A DNA stretch of 64,000 bases. Source: Octopus vulgaris. Its lineage: Eukaryota. Below the pieces are notes generated by a model. That model did not search any database, was not told where the DNA came from, and saw only the letters and a list, made by a program, of their open reading frames with translations. The stretch is from positions 83,762,001-83,826,000 of the forward strand of contig OX597818.1 of NCBI GenBank assembly GCA_951406725.2, in the 5' to 3' direction. Each line of letters starts with the position of its first letter. Positions within the stretch are counted from its first letter, which is position 1. Both the position numbers and the translations under genes were made by a program. Of the stretch, positions 27,084 through 40,452 are shown piece by piece.

Positions 27084-27084
<1 letters not shown>

Positions 27085-27159
27085 TGGCGCTTTTCGTCTA
27101 TGCAAGCGGTCAATTTAGCTTAGATGTCACTTAATCGAACATATCAAGGGTTCCTTTTC

Positions 27160-28564
27160 TTGCAGCTTCTGTGGGACGTGTTTCTGCTATTTCTCCTCCT
27201 ACACGTCCCGCCGTTGTCCGTCTCTCATTTCCCCTCACCTACGACCCTTCCACCCAGCTCCTCCAACGCACCATTCTCCGAGATTTCCAGCGACTCCAGT
27301 CCGACCCCTCCACCTCGCACTTCTACCTCTTCCTTCAAACGATCCTATAACATGCGTGACATCTTGATCCAAGTTTTCTTCCCTAACCCTACCTCCCAGC
27401 GTGGATCATTCCTCTGCTCCCATCCACGCTTCCGCACCTGCCTCTATCTCTCCAATATCACCTTCCTCACAGGTACGCATCATCGTCTCTCTCATATTAC
27501 CGACTCATTTACCTGCACTTCTTGTAACGTCATTTACTGCATCTCCTATTCTCTCTGTCCTTCCCTGTACATGTGTCAAACGGGATGCCGCTTGTCAGAC
27601 CGGTTCGTGGAGAACCCCCGAGACATCAGACTCGGCAATGACAACCCGGTCGCGCACAATTTTCGCTCTACCGGTAATTCGGTACACATTTGTCTGTGTT
27701 CGGACTGTCTTTGTACAGGGGCCATCAAGACTCCCACCTTCACCGTGAACAGGAATTAATCTTCTCTCTTTGCTCCTTTGCGACACATGGTCACAACTCA
27801 CCTCCTCTCTTCATCTGACACCAACCTCACCTCCTCTCTTCATTTGATACCAATCTCACGCCAATCTACACACACTAGCACTGACCAATTCCCAGCACAC
27901 GCACCATACACCAGCCACCAACACCACACCACTCCACAGACACTAGCACTGATAACTTCCCAGCACCCACACCACTCATCATCAGCCACACATCCACCTT
28001 ATGTTCAATAGCGTAACCGAACATACTACTACATGAACAGACACGCGCACTGTTTCACTCAGTACACACACCACACACCATCAGCCACGGTCCCACACCC
28101 CACAAGCATTAATACCTGAACACAGACAAAGTATATTCCCATGTCCACACAAGCATATAATACCTGTATATACATACGCGCACGACATGCATTAACACAT
28201 GCAACATACATAGACAAAGATAACTTTCACCATACACTTGCACACTGTTTAGTCACTGACATACACACACATGTGTACACACAACGTGAAAAAGCACACA
28301 TGAACTGCAATACACAACACACAGTACACACGCACACGTCAGAGTCACTCGCCTCTATTCACACACATGCACTTACACACTCAGATACAAAATTCTCACA
28401 TACACACACACCCGCACCTTCTCTGGCTAGGATCACTAGCATTTTATTATCTCACTTTCATTGAACCTCGTTTTTTTTTTATTATTATCTCCCTTTCTTT
28501 CAACCCCTGTTTTACCAATCATTCGCCACTTTGGACCACTGATATCTACATTTTTCCTTCTCAC

Positions 28565-28645
<81 letters not shown>

Positions 28646-28790
28646 ATTTTCTTTTATTCCTTTCTGTTAAAGAGCGTAGGCTCCAAACATTAAAATACTT
28701 TTTCATTTTTCCTGAGCGTTAAACTAATAGGCTCGCTTGTTGTTCATACACTCTTTTCGTCTTTTGTTTTCTATGAATTTCAACTATATA
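27160..28790 (+). mobile_element. Penelope-like element 3' portion (Neptune-type GIY-YIG, CA-rich 3' region, terminal repeat)
   Basis: ORF 27124-27759: SFKRSYNMRDILI...CSHPRFRTCLY...FTCTSCNVIYCISYSLCPSLYMCQTGCRLSDRFVEN..DIR...NPVAHNF. Ends in the terminal-repeat family at 28655-28790 next to (TA)n. Confidence 0.85.
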
Positions 28791-28926
28791 TATATATATG
28801 CATACATATACACACGAGCATCCATACACACACACACGCACACACACACACGCACACACACACACACATATATATATATATGTGTGTGTATATATATATA
28901 TGTGCATATATACATATACACATATG

Positions 28927-28957
<31 letters not shown>

Positions 28958-29192
28958 TTCTAAATAAGGATAATATCGATATCAAGTGGCCAGCATGGGA
29001 AGAAATACCATACAAAGGTAATAATTTTTCACAACTATAAATAAGGGTATCTGAGAGACACCACCACGCTGAAATAGCAGTCAAACCCTGACCCTAAAAA
29101 CCACCTAAAATGTTCATATCGCACCATGAGATAAGACAGAGAGACAAAATAAACTAGCAAAAATATTACTGGATAATTCAAGATATGTATAT

Positions 29193-29227
<35 letters not shown>

Positions 29228-30036
29228 CTAGCAGCATAGCCCGGCGTTGCCCGGGTATGTAAGAGCCCCTAGTAGGCAACAACTAATCCCTATCTAGTCC
29301 TTTCCCTCTAGGGAACGAAGGCGCATGTGTAGGCTGCAATGTCTTCTCTTCACTCGAATACTTCTGTGTACACGATGTTCCTAGGTGTCCCTTTGGGCGA
29401 AAACATGAAAACATCATTGCGCCTCCCAATAGAGTTAAAAAGGCCGAGTTGCGTCCCCTAGACAGTCTGTGGTTTGTGTTTAATATGTGTGCCACATATG
29501 ATTTAATTAACCGATTTTTTCCAGTAATAAAGTATCCTATTGGAATAAAAAGGGCAATATAGCTCCTTGGAGCAGACATGATGCTCGCTGTGAATTTAAA
29601 AAAAAATCCTGCCAATTTGTGAAAGATATTGTCGAAAATATGTCATCTTGAATTTGAACCCAAAATGGCATGATTTTATCGATTTTTTCTTATGGTAAGG
29701 TATTGCATCGAAAACTAACGTCAGATTTAAGTTTCTTAGGGTAACATTAAGCTTCACCATGAGTTTGGTGAAAATTGATTGCAAGTTGCGAAAACTACAA
29801 CAGAAAAAGTGTTGCATATAAAAAGTTTAGATTCTCAACCCCATATCGAATTTATCAATTTGTTTCAGAACTGGGGGAACTTTTCAAAATTTTCACTGCG
29901 TTAGTTTTGAATTATGACATTGGGCTACGTGTGTGTCAAGTTTCATCAGAATCAGTTGAAAGCCGTGGTCAGGGTGAGGGTACAACCTGACAAACACACA
30001 GACACACAGACAGACAAACTGCCGTTTATATATAGA
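29228..30036 (-). mobile_element. Non-autonomous Helitron
   Basis: Minus strand begins TCtatatataaacggcagtttgtctgtctg and ends cccgggcaacgccgggctatgctgCTAG, within (TA)n. Confidence 0.85.
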
Positions 30037-30071
30037 TATATATATATACACACACACACATATATATATAT

Positions 30072-30124
<53 letters not shown>

Positions 30125-30704
30125 AAGAGAGTCAGACAGACAGAAAGAGAGAGATTGATAGACATGAATGTACCACACTGTCAGCCTGAATCCGGAGCCA
30201 TGTGATTAGGAGGGAAAGTCCTTACTACACAGCTAACTCAGCGCTTAGGCCAGACATTGACTACACAGCTATGCCTATAAGTATACATATCATAACACCC
30301 TACAGGGTTGAAAGTAGATTTAATTGAAACGCAGCACACAACCCAAGCTTCTTTCTATCTATATTCAGGAATTGGAGTCTCAAAGGAGACTGAAAGTTCA
30401 CTCGGTCTCGTTCTTTATTTCACTATCTACTTTCGTCCCTATGCAAGCAATATAAATCGCTAAGCCTTTACACAATTTAACAGGGCAGCTTTTGATGAAG
30501 TGCTTCTCCAATGTAATATTGGATGACATTTCACATTAAATCATTTACGTGCAGTGGCTTTAAAATCAAAGTAATACGGAAGCAATAGTAACTGCAAAGA
30601 AATATATGCTAAATTCATTTCAATCTCCGTTCTTTTACTTCGATTACAAAGAGGAAGATACATGCATACATACATACATACATATATACATCCATCCATA
30701 CATA

Positions 30705-30755
<51 letters not shown>

Positions 30756-30773
30756 ATATATATATATATATAT

Positions 30774-30822
<49 letters not shown>

Positions 30823-31291
30823 AGTAGATAGACAGACAGACGGATGGGATCAGAAAAAGCAGGTCATACATTAAAAATTTTGTTATATTGTCATAAACTT
30901 CACAATATTTACAAGTGTTTCACTAAAGTGTCATTGAGCGATGTGAGGCAATCGGCATAATCACCTAAGAATTCCTGCGATTCAAAAAAACAAAATAATA
31001 GTTTAATCCAGTTTTTATTATCAAACTCTGTTGCTGGACAAAGGAAGTTGAAAATTGCGAATTATTTGTGTGTGTGTGAGAGAGAGCGTGTCTATAAATA
31101 TATATATGTCCCCGTATGTATAGTTTTTCATTGTTTATCTTTTATCTTTTAATTCTTCACTCATTGAAAAACGGTCATGCTGGGGCACTGGCAGGAATAA
31201 TTTTAGTCAAACGAATGGACTTCAGTACTTAGTTACTTCAAGTGTAATACTTATTCTTGCGTTCTGTTTCGCCAAAACTATTACATACATG

Positions 31292-31322
<31 letters not shown>

Positions 31323-31332
31323 TTATATACAT

Positions 31333-31445
<113 letters not shown>

Positions 31446-31646
31446 TATATATATATACGTGACTGATGTTTTGCCGTTTCCGTCTACTAAGTCCTTTCAC
31501 AAAGTTTTGGTCGAGCCAGAACCGGAATCATTTGATTGTGAAGCAAAGTTCTTGTCCGGATTACCCAGTCAGAGATAGCTAACTAGCTAGCTAGCTAGGT
31601 AGATAGATAAATAGAAAGATATATAGATAGATGGGTGGATAAATAG

Positions 31647-31684
<38 letters not shown>

Positions 31685-31754
31685 AAAGAGAGAGAGATAA
31701 ACAGAAAGAGAAGCAACTAACTAGCTAGCTAGGTAGATGGATATATATATATAT

Positions 31755-31756
<2 letters not shown>

Positions 31757-31841
<85 letters not shown>
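31757..31841 (+). repeat. (GATA)n microsatellite (others at 35147-35245 and 51336-51415)
   Basis: Direct reading of the sequence. Confidence 0.95.
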
Positions 31842-31842
<1 letters not shown>

Positions 31843-32332
31843 ACTTTGTGTTGATATGAACAGAAAGACATGTACTCAATCACATATCTGATTAAAAAAT
31901 GACATTTTTACGCAAGAAAAGTTATACACAAAGACAAACACTTAAAAATAACCACAACGTTATCTATATTCGCTTAAAAAAAGAAGCTATATATGAATCT
32001 ATACACAATAGCATATGTGAATAGACAGATAAATTTTTAATGCAATACTTGCACATAATAATGTATACATGCAAACGAATATGCAGGCATCAATACGTGC
32101 TTACACGTGTATCATGATGGTCAGTTATGTATAATATAGACATTCAAATGTGGGCAGATACACACGCGTATTATAAAGTAGATGTTTAATAAGGTATGGA
32201 TGTGTGCTTAAGAAGCTCACTTTGCAGTCACGAGGTTTCAGGTTCAGTCCTACATTGCTGCAACTTGAGCTAGTGTCTTCAACCATAAGCTCTGGCGGCC
32301 GATGGTTTTCGAGAATTTCATGAACGGAAATA

Positions 32333-32632
32333 TATGGCCCAGTGGTTAAGGCACCGGACTCGCGGTCGTAGGATCGCGGTTTCGATTCCCAGACCGGGCG
32401 TTGTGAGTGTTTATTGAGCGAAAACACCTAAAGCTCCAAGAGGCTCCGGCAGGGGGTGGTGGCGATCCCTGCTATACTCTTCCGCCGAAACTTTCTCTCA
32501 CTCTTTCTTCTGTTGGCCTGCTCACTTAGCCAGCGGGGTGGCGTCATTTGAAGGCTAAAACAATGCGAGGCGCATTGTGACCAGCGATGTGTAGCAACAT
32601 CTGAGAGCTTGGTCAGTCACGGTGATCATGGT
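32333..32632 (+). mobile_element. SINE with a family C head and a different 3' tail, nested in a family A copy
   Basis: The first ~170 bp match the reverse complement of 23820-23990; the 3' part is unrelated to 23617-23800. A family A head lies at 32195-32330. Confidence 0.8.
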
Positions 32633-32744
32633 GATATATATATATATATATCATGGCGATATATATATATATATCAGTGTGTCTGTGTGTCTGTGTGTGC
32701 CTGTGTCTGTATGTCTGTGTGTGTGCGTGTACATGTGTGTCTTC

Positions 32745-33150
32745 GAGCTGGCAGAACCGTTAAGGTGTAGAGTGAAATCCTTAGCCGTAATTCGTCTGCC
32801 GCTACGTTCTGAGTTTAAATTTCGCTGAGGTCGACTTTACCTTTCATCCTTTCGGGATCGAGTAAATAAGTACCAGTTACGCACTGGGGTCGATATAATC
32901 ACCTTAATCCGTTTGTCTGTCTTTGTTTGTCCTATCTGTGTTTAGCCCCTTGTGGCTAGTAATGAAATAGGTATTGCGTATGTCGTTACGTTCTGAGTTC
33001 CAATTCCAACAAGGTAGACTTTGCCTTTCATCCTTTTGGAGTTGATTAAATAAGTACCAGTTATGCACTGTGTCGATGTAATCGATTTAACCCCTTTGCC
33101 TGTCCTTGTTTGTTGCTTCTATGTTTAACTCCCTGTGGGTAATGAAGAAA
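32745..33150 (+). mobile_element. Tandem SINE family B copies
   Basis: gagctggcagaaccg head and two cctttcatcctt.cggg.tcga..aaataagtaccagtt cores. Confidence 0.8.
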
Positions 33151-33366
33151 TGTATTTAATTCTCATTACGAAAGCGCTACAAATATTTTCATGTTTTTAT
33201 GATATTAGTAATTTGTATTAAATTGATATTTATATCTCGATGGATACAATATATTTTTGTTTATTCTAAGTATATTGGCTCCGTAAGCTATAAATAATTG
33301 TATATATGTGTATATGTGTATATATATATATGTGTGTGTGTGTGAGTGTGCATGTATGTATATATT

Positions 33367-33441
<75 letters not shown>

Positions 33442-33926
33442 GCATATGTACATGTGTGTGTGCGTGTGTATGTACATATATGTGTTTGTGTGCGCGTGTA
33501 AAGGTGCGTGGCGTAGCGACTGGGGCGTTGCACTCAGAATTCCAGGATCGTGCTTTCGATTCCTAAACGATTGATGAGTTCTGTTTCGGTGCGACAAAGT
33601 TCTTTTTACATTTATCCATTCCACACAGCGTTGATGTGAGTTTCCAACGGACCTGTGATTTGCCTAGGAGAAAATTTCAGCTTGCCCTCATAGCATCCGA
33701 AAGTTATAACAATGCCAGGAAACGCAGGTCTGCATAGCAGTCTTCGCCAAAAATATTTAATTACTGGCGTAGACCCATACAACTAATCCTTACTGTGTGC
33801 GCTGTCCCAGCATAGCCGCAATCCAATTACAGAAACACTTGATGGAAACAAAAGGAATTTTATGTATGTATGTATGTATGTATGTATGTATGTATGTATG
33901 TATGTATGTATGTATGTATGTATGTA

Positions 33927-34008
<82 letters not shown>

Positions 34009-34291
34009 GGAAAACAATTTTCTAAATCAATCAGGTGTAACCCTACACTGTTTTATGTATCTACATATCGCACTTTGGGGTCTTATCGTATATTTATATA
34101 TTTATAAATATACAAAGTATCTGATAAAAGTGTATAGTTGGGGTATTAATCGATATGCGGGTATTCAATTTCAGATAATACAAGAATAACCTGATGAGTA
34201 TATCTGGCAGTAAACTCATGGTATCAATTTGCACATCACGAAATAATACTTAAAGTATATAACCAAAACTACCAGATGGGTATATAATATA

Positions 34292-34552
34292 AATAAATAA
34301 TAAATGCGCCCTTTTAAAGCCTAGCCAGTCTCCTGGGCCCAGTTTCCCGGTTTCTATGGTGTATGTGTTCCCCAGCTGGACGGGACGCCAGTCCATCGTA
34401 GCGTTATTCATTTTTGACAGCTGAGTGGACTGGAGCAACGTGAAATTATGTATTTTGCTCAAGAACAGAACGCGTCGCCCGGTCCAGGTATCGAAACCAC
34501 AATTTTACAATCATGATGCTGATACCCTAACAACTAAGCCACGCGCCTCCAC
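34292..34552 (-). mobile_element. tRNA-derived SINE family D (CORE-like segment plus V-domain-like motif) with a 15-bp TSD
   Basis: Head ggaggcgcgtggcttagttgttaggg, then gttcttgagcaaaatac, then cgatggactggcgtcccgtccag. TSD TGGGTATATAATATA at 34277-34291 and 34553-34567. Confidence 0.85.
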
Positions 34553-35146
34553 TGGGTATATAATATACTTCATTAAATATATAATACTTCATTTAATACT
34601 TATATTTATTAAATATGAAGGAACTACATGTGTTTCAGTATTAGAAGATTACAATATATATACATATACACAACTGTATACCTATATATATACATATACG
34701 TTTATAAATGCATATATGCAATCGTCAGAAATACAATTATTCCAACACATTTTCAGATTCTATTTCAAAATACTATATATCTAATTTTACATCTCTTTAA
34801 AAATAAGCAATACAATTAAGCAATAAAGATTAAAAATTACGAATTAAAAATTGAGAATAAAAAGTATAATTTCTAATATTAAGAATTAAAATTTATAAAT
34901 TATGCAGTATAAATTGTTTATAAATTTTAATTCTTATTGTGTGTATATATATATATGTATCCTCATATTTGCATATAAAGCGATAGAGTGGAGGACAGCG
35001 AGGGAGAAAAATGAATGCATACTTGCATGTACATAGACATATACAAAAGTACATGCATTAATATACATATATACATGTGTTTGTGTGTGCGTGTGTGTAT
35101 ATATATATATATGTACAGATACATATACAGACAGAGTGATGGACAA

Positions 35147-35228
<82 letters not shown>

Positions 35229-35454
35229 TGATTGATAGATAGATGAATATATTACATACATGTGTGAAGTTACATCTACAAGAAAAAGCCTAACAAATTA
35301 ATAGATATTCTTACACGCAATATTTCCCTTATATTCGATACGGTTGTCAAATCAAATATTCATTATGAATTATTGTGATTTGGTGAGTCGTGAAAAACTG
35401 ACTCATTCTTATATACACAAAGATGACCACATATATAAATCCAATATAAATATG

Positions 35455-35503
<49 letters not shown>

Positions 35504-38500
35504 GTACACACACACATGCACATGCTCACACACACACACATATAGTGAGAGAGAGAGAGATACATTGATAGATAGATAAATAGATAGATGCGTGTCGGTG
35601 AATGAATGTATAGATTTATATCTATATGTATATACAACAAATTGTACACAGGCATTTTGTATGAGGAGCATGTATCTGACCTCTTCAGTGCTCTTCAGAT
35701 TAAAAGTTAATCCGTCAAGTCGCTGCCTTAGCATGGTCACTGTCGAAACAAGTAAAAGAGAAGAGGTAAAAAATGACACCAAACTAAGTCTTTATGTTGC
35801 AGCCGTTTTATGAGTGAACGTTAGTATCCTGAGGGCAGCAACTTCGTTTCATGCATCAGTCTTTCGATTTTTCCCGTTCAATATATTTTGTTTAGTATTT
35901 TAGTTGAAATATAAATATCTATATTTATTTATTTATTTATTTAATTATTTACTTGATGGATTTCAGCTTTAGCACAACGTCGGATAAAAGACTGTGGTAT
36001 TTAGTTTCGTTTTTCTTTTGTCTTTTTTATACTTTGAGCCCAAATCAAACTTCGCCTTTCATCCTTGGGAGATCAATAAAATAAAAAAAGAATACGTATC
36101 GATCGCATTAAAGTACTAGGGTCGATATAATCGACTATGCATCATCATAACACTGCCGAATGGGCGGAAGAAGCCAACATAGAAAAGAATATTGCATGTA
36201 TCCATCAAGATTAATTTATTAAACATGTTATTGTGCAGCAGACCAAAGACGACATTTTAATTCAAAATCGCCATTTTGTTTTGTTGTTTTCAATATTAAG
36301 ATATTTAATCAAATAAAATATGTATCAATGTAACTAATACATGCAGTTAACAGAAGATATAAATATGTTATTATAAAGAAATGAAGTAACTAGAAATAAA
36401 GCTATATTTTGAGAGTATCATAATAAGATTTCATTATTTGTATTAGATACTATCTTATTGAATTCCTGGCACACTAAAATGAGGAGTAAGTTTCAAAACA
36501 AAAATCGTCCTTGGTTTTCTTCTGAGAACGTGAAGTAGCGCCGAAAACCTATCGACTTTTTCAGCATAGGGCAGGAAAACCCAATTTACCCTTATTCTAA
36601 TTTGACGATATTTTAAAAACCTTGTTGTTAGATTTTGGTCTTAGTGGACATATGTTGAACGATCCTAAAATTACTCATTGAAGAATATTCCTTTTTCTAT
36701 ACTTTTAGAAATGGTATAGGCGCAGACATGTTGTGTGTTTAAGAAGCTTGCTTTGCAACGACGTGGTATCGAGTCCAGTTCCAAAGCACAGTATATTGAG
36801 CAAGTATTTATTACTAGTTCTTGTACAGCCTATTAAGCTTACCATCTAAAATCCGAAACTTTAAACAGACTGACCCCTAAAAAAACTTAAATCGAGCCGA
36901 AACAATGGAATAAAGAAGAGAAGCATGCGCAGATTTTATGATATGGTATTAAAATAAAAACCACGTGGTTTGTAAGGAACATTTTAATTTCCTAGCTTGC
37001 AAACTATTCTTACAGTCAAAATCCGTTTCGTTATAATCGAAACTTAGAACAGCAAGAGCTAGAATATTTTGTCTCGGAGAATTCTTTTAAGGGAATTTCT
37101 ACTCTGTTGTCGGCAGCTTATCTATTTATAAACATTTTGCTGCGTTAGTCTCGTCTCCAAATCCTTCCTGTTAAAGATGAATTCAAATCTTGATACTAGG
37201 GCACCAATTTTTTGAGGGGAGGTGATAGTTGGATACTTCGACCCCCGTGCTCAACTGCCACTTATATTATCAACCTCATAAAGATGAATGACAAAGTTGA
37301 TTTCGGTTGACTCCTGGAATAGATAATTCTGCATACTCTTCATATGTATTATAGAAGGTAGAGCTTTAAAATATCAGAGAGGTGTCCTTTAGTTTAAATG
37401 TTTTACAAACAATATATTTTAAGAAAGCTTTTTTTTAAAGTAATGCATCTGACTCAAACAATATTACTCATGTAACAACTCATTCGTCGTTTGGTGTTTG
37501 TTATTTATTTAAATCTATGTAAGTTATTTCGAAATATTTTTTCTTCCGCTACCATAGAGTTGGTTTGTATTACATATTACTATTCACGATCCACTAATGC
37601 ATATAGTGACCATGCTTCGCTGTACTCTTTAAAATAAATATGTGTTTACTTCCTTCACACGTTTGTATTACCTATATTACTAATGTATCTAGTCAACTTA
37701 ATATATTCAGTCATACTTGAAAGCAGATAATGTTCATCGGTCGAAGCGACGAGAACCATCTAGTCATCTTAGATGACTTGCGCTCTGACTTCCTTTCAAT
37801 TGAAGAAGAGTTTCGCACTATCAACTTCACTCTCTCGTCTGTAACGATCTTCAATATAGTAGCAAGACTAGGACAAGGCGACTGGGGATGGAAACGGATG
37901 CACTGGATGACCATGTTATCTTGCTCTCTGCACTACAGAATTCTTTGATGCAAGCACCTTCCCCTCCGTAAAACTATGAGGTTTCTTCCGCAGAGTGCGC
38001 CGGATCCAGTCTTCCCATGCATAGGTGGGCAAGCCTTAATATGCTAATTAATCCGTAGTTGGGACCATGACAGGTGCTACTACTCCGGGTCAGATTAGTC
38101 CTAGAAAAAATAGGGGCTAAAATGTGGTTCCACACTCCTCAAAGCCCTGGAGCTTATGAAATAGAAGCAATTTAAAATCGTACAGATGTTCTAAGTTATA
38201 TCCAGCATGATAACTAATGAGAGATAACCTGCTGCAGCATGCGGTAACCGCAAAGATTTTATTGATAGCATTCAATAAATTTAATAATTTCTGTCATTTT
38301 TTCTTGAAAGTCATTAAACGATCAGCCTAGTTCTCCTCTGATTCCATCATACATTAATGCTGAACGAAAAATTTTACGGTGAATATGCAAACTCATTTAA
38401 AAGATTTATGGAAATGCCAACAACTCAACTGAGTGCCAAAAGAGACATTGTCTTAACAAAGCACTGGAGAGGAAAACGATAGTGACCAGTGTCTACTCCA

Positions 38501-38603
38501 AAATCCACGCTCGTTATTTCTCAAAAAGTTACTGTTTTTGAAACAAAAACCAAATTCTTAAAGAAATTGTCTCTTTCAGTATATTAATGTTGAAATCTAT
38601 GGA

Positions 38604-38808
38604 AGGCGGCGAGCAGGCAGAATCGATAGCACGCTGGGTATTGCCGGTATTTCGTCTGTCTTCACGTTCTGCGTTCAAATACCGCGGGGTCGACTTTGCC
38701 ATTCCTCCTTAAGGGATCGATAAATCAAGTACCAGTTATGCACTGGGGTTAATGTAATCGACAGGCCCCAACACTAAAAATTTCTGTCCTTGTGCCTAAG
38801 AGTAGAAA
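38604..38808 (+). mobile_element. SINE family B
   Basis: ggcggcgagcaggcagaatcgatagcacg head and the conserved core. Confidence 0.8.
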
Positions 38809-39765
38809 AAAAATGTTGAACTCTACCAGGTGTAATTATACAACTTTATTAAACTCCAGACAATGTTTGAAGATCACTGGACATAAGTGTAAAAAGTATG
38901 GTCTGAAACTGAAAGAACATTGAATCATTAGAAATTAAATTAGTTTTAAGAAAGCTCATAAATTCAACTACATATGTTCAATAGTATTTATGTGACAGAG
39001 CGAATAATTACTAAAGCTTAAAAAATATCTTCGTATTTCATTGGCTAAGAGATTTTCATTGTCTTGTTGCATGCTAATGTTACAAATCTATGTTGGATCA
39101 ATGTCAGATAATCCATGTTGGCGTTGCCATGGTTTGATCTGGGATGTTATTACAAGAGATCCACGTGCATGGATGAAAAAAAAATCGTTCGGGTCAATTT
39201 TCATGGCACTGTAACTGCTGAATTTGTTTTTACTAATACAAATGTAGGCACTCATACACGCTAACAGCCAAACTGCCACATACATATATGCGTATGTGTG
39301 TGCATGCATAAACTTATGCGTATATATATATATATACATTAATAGATATAAATATTTATATACATATATGCTTGCATTACATTGACGCAGAACTGACAAG
39401 CTCTCACTCTATCTCTCTCTCACACACACACGCACTCACACAAACATGCATTAACATATATATACTTCAGACACACACATATATATATATATATATATAC
39501 ATGGAGCATACATAAATACACACACACACGCACGTGCATATATATATATGTATATATACAGAGAGAGAGGTATAGGCAAATAGATAGATAGATGATATAT
39601 TTATGTTATGTATGTAAGTATATATATATGTGCGTGTGTGTGTGTTTGTCTGTGTGTGTGCGTGTATATATGTACATATACATACATCCAAATATTCATA
39701 CATACATACACACGCACACACACACGCACACACATGCGCACACGCGCACACGCACCCCCCCCCCC

Positions 39766-39805
<40 letters not shown>

Positions 39806-40043
39806 TTATACATAACTTAAGCCGAATAATTAGATAATTAGATGGACACGAAACAATCTGGACAGCAATCTGCCATAAAACAGAATAAAATATCAGGAAT
39901 AAGTTTATTGCTATTAGAAAACCCTGAGTAAATGGGGCAATAAAGGATTAGCTTTCTGCACAACGTTGCCGATGGGAGATATCTTTTCGGTATTTTCAAC
40001 AATAAGATATAAACGCGAAAAAAAAAAAAAAAGAAAAACATCT

Positions 40044-40176
40044 TATTAAGGCAAAGTATTTATAACGATGTGATATCTATGGCTAGAGAAAAGAAAGTGA
40101 CCTTTTTTTCCCCTCGCTCAAACATATTCCTTTCCTAAGCTTTGATATATATATATATGTATGTATGTATGTATGA

Positions 40177-40234
<58 letters not shown>

Positions 40235-40348
40235 TATGTATATATAAATATCAAAGCTTTGAAAGAGAGTATGCTGAGCGAGCGAGAAAAAAGTTACTTT
40301 TTTCTCTAGCCATATATATCTCATCGTTATAAATACTTTGCTTTAATA
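40044..40348. mobile_element. MITE-like element with ~105-bp TIRs around a (TA)n/(TATG)n tract; TTAA ends (Kolobok-like)
   Basis: 40044-40148 (taTTAAggcaaagtatttataacgatg...ctttgatat) is the reverse complement of 40248-40348 (...catcgttataaatactttgctTTAAta). Confidence 0.8.
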
Positions 40349-40358
40349 CTCATATATA

Positions 40359-40452
<94 letters not shown>

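Noticed and set aside
27124-27759. 211-aa ORF as a host gene
   Set aside because: It is a chimeric frame ending in a mutated PLE GIY-YIG domain (YIG changed to YMC).
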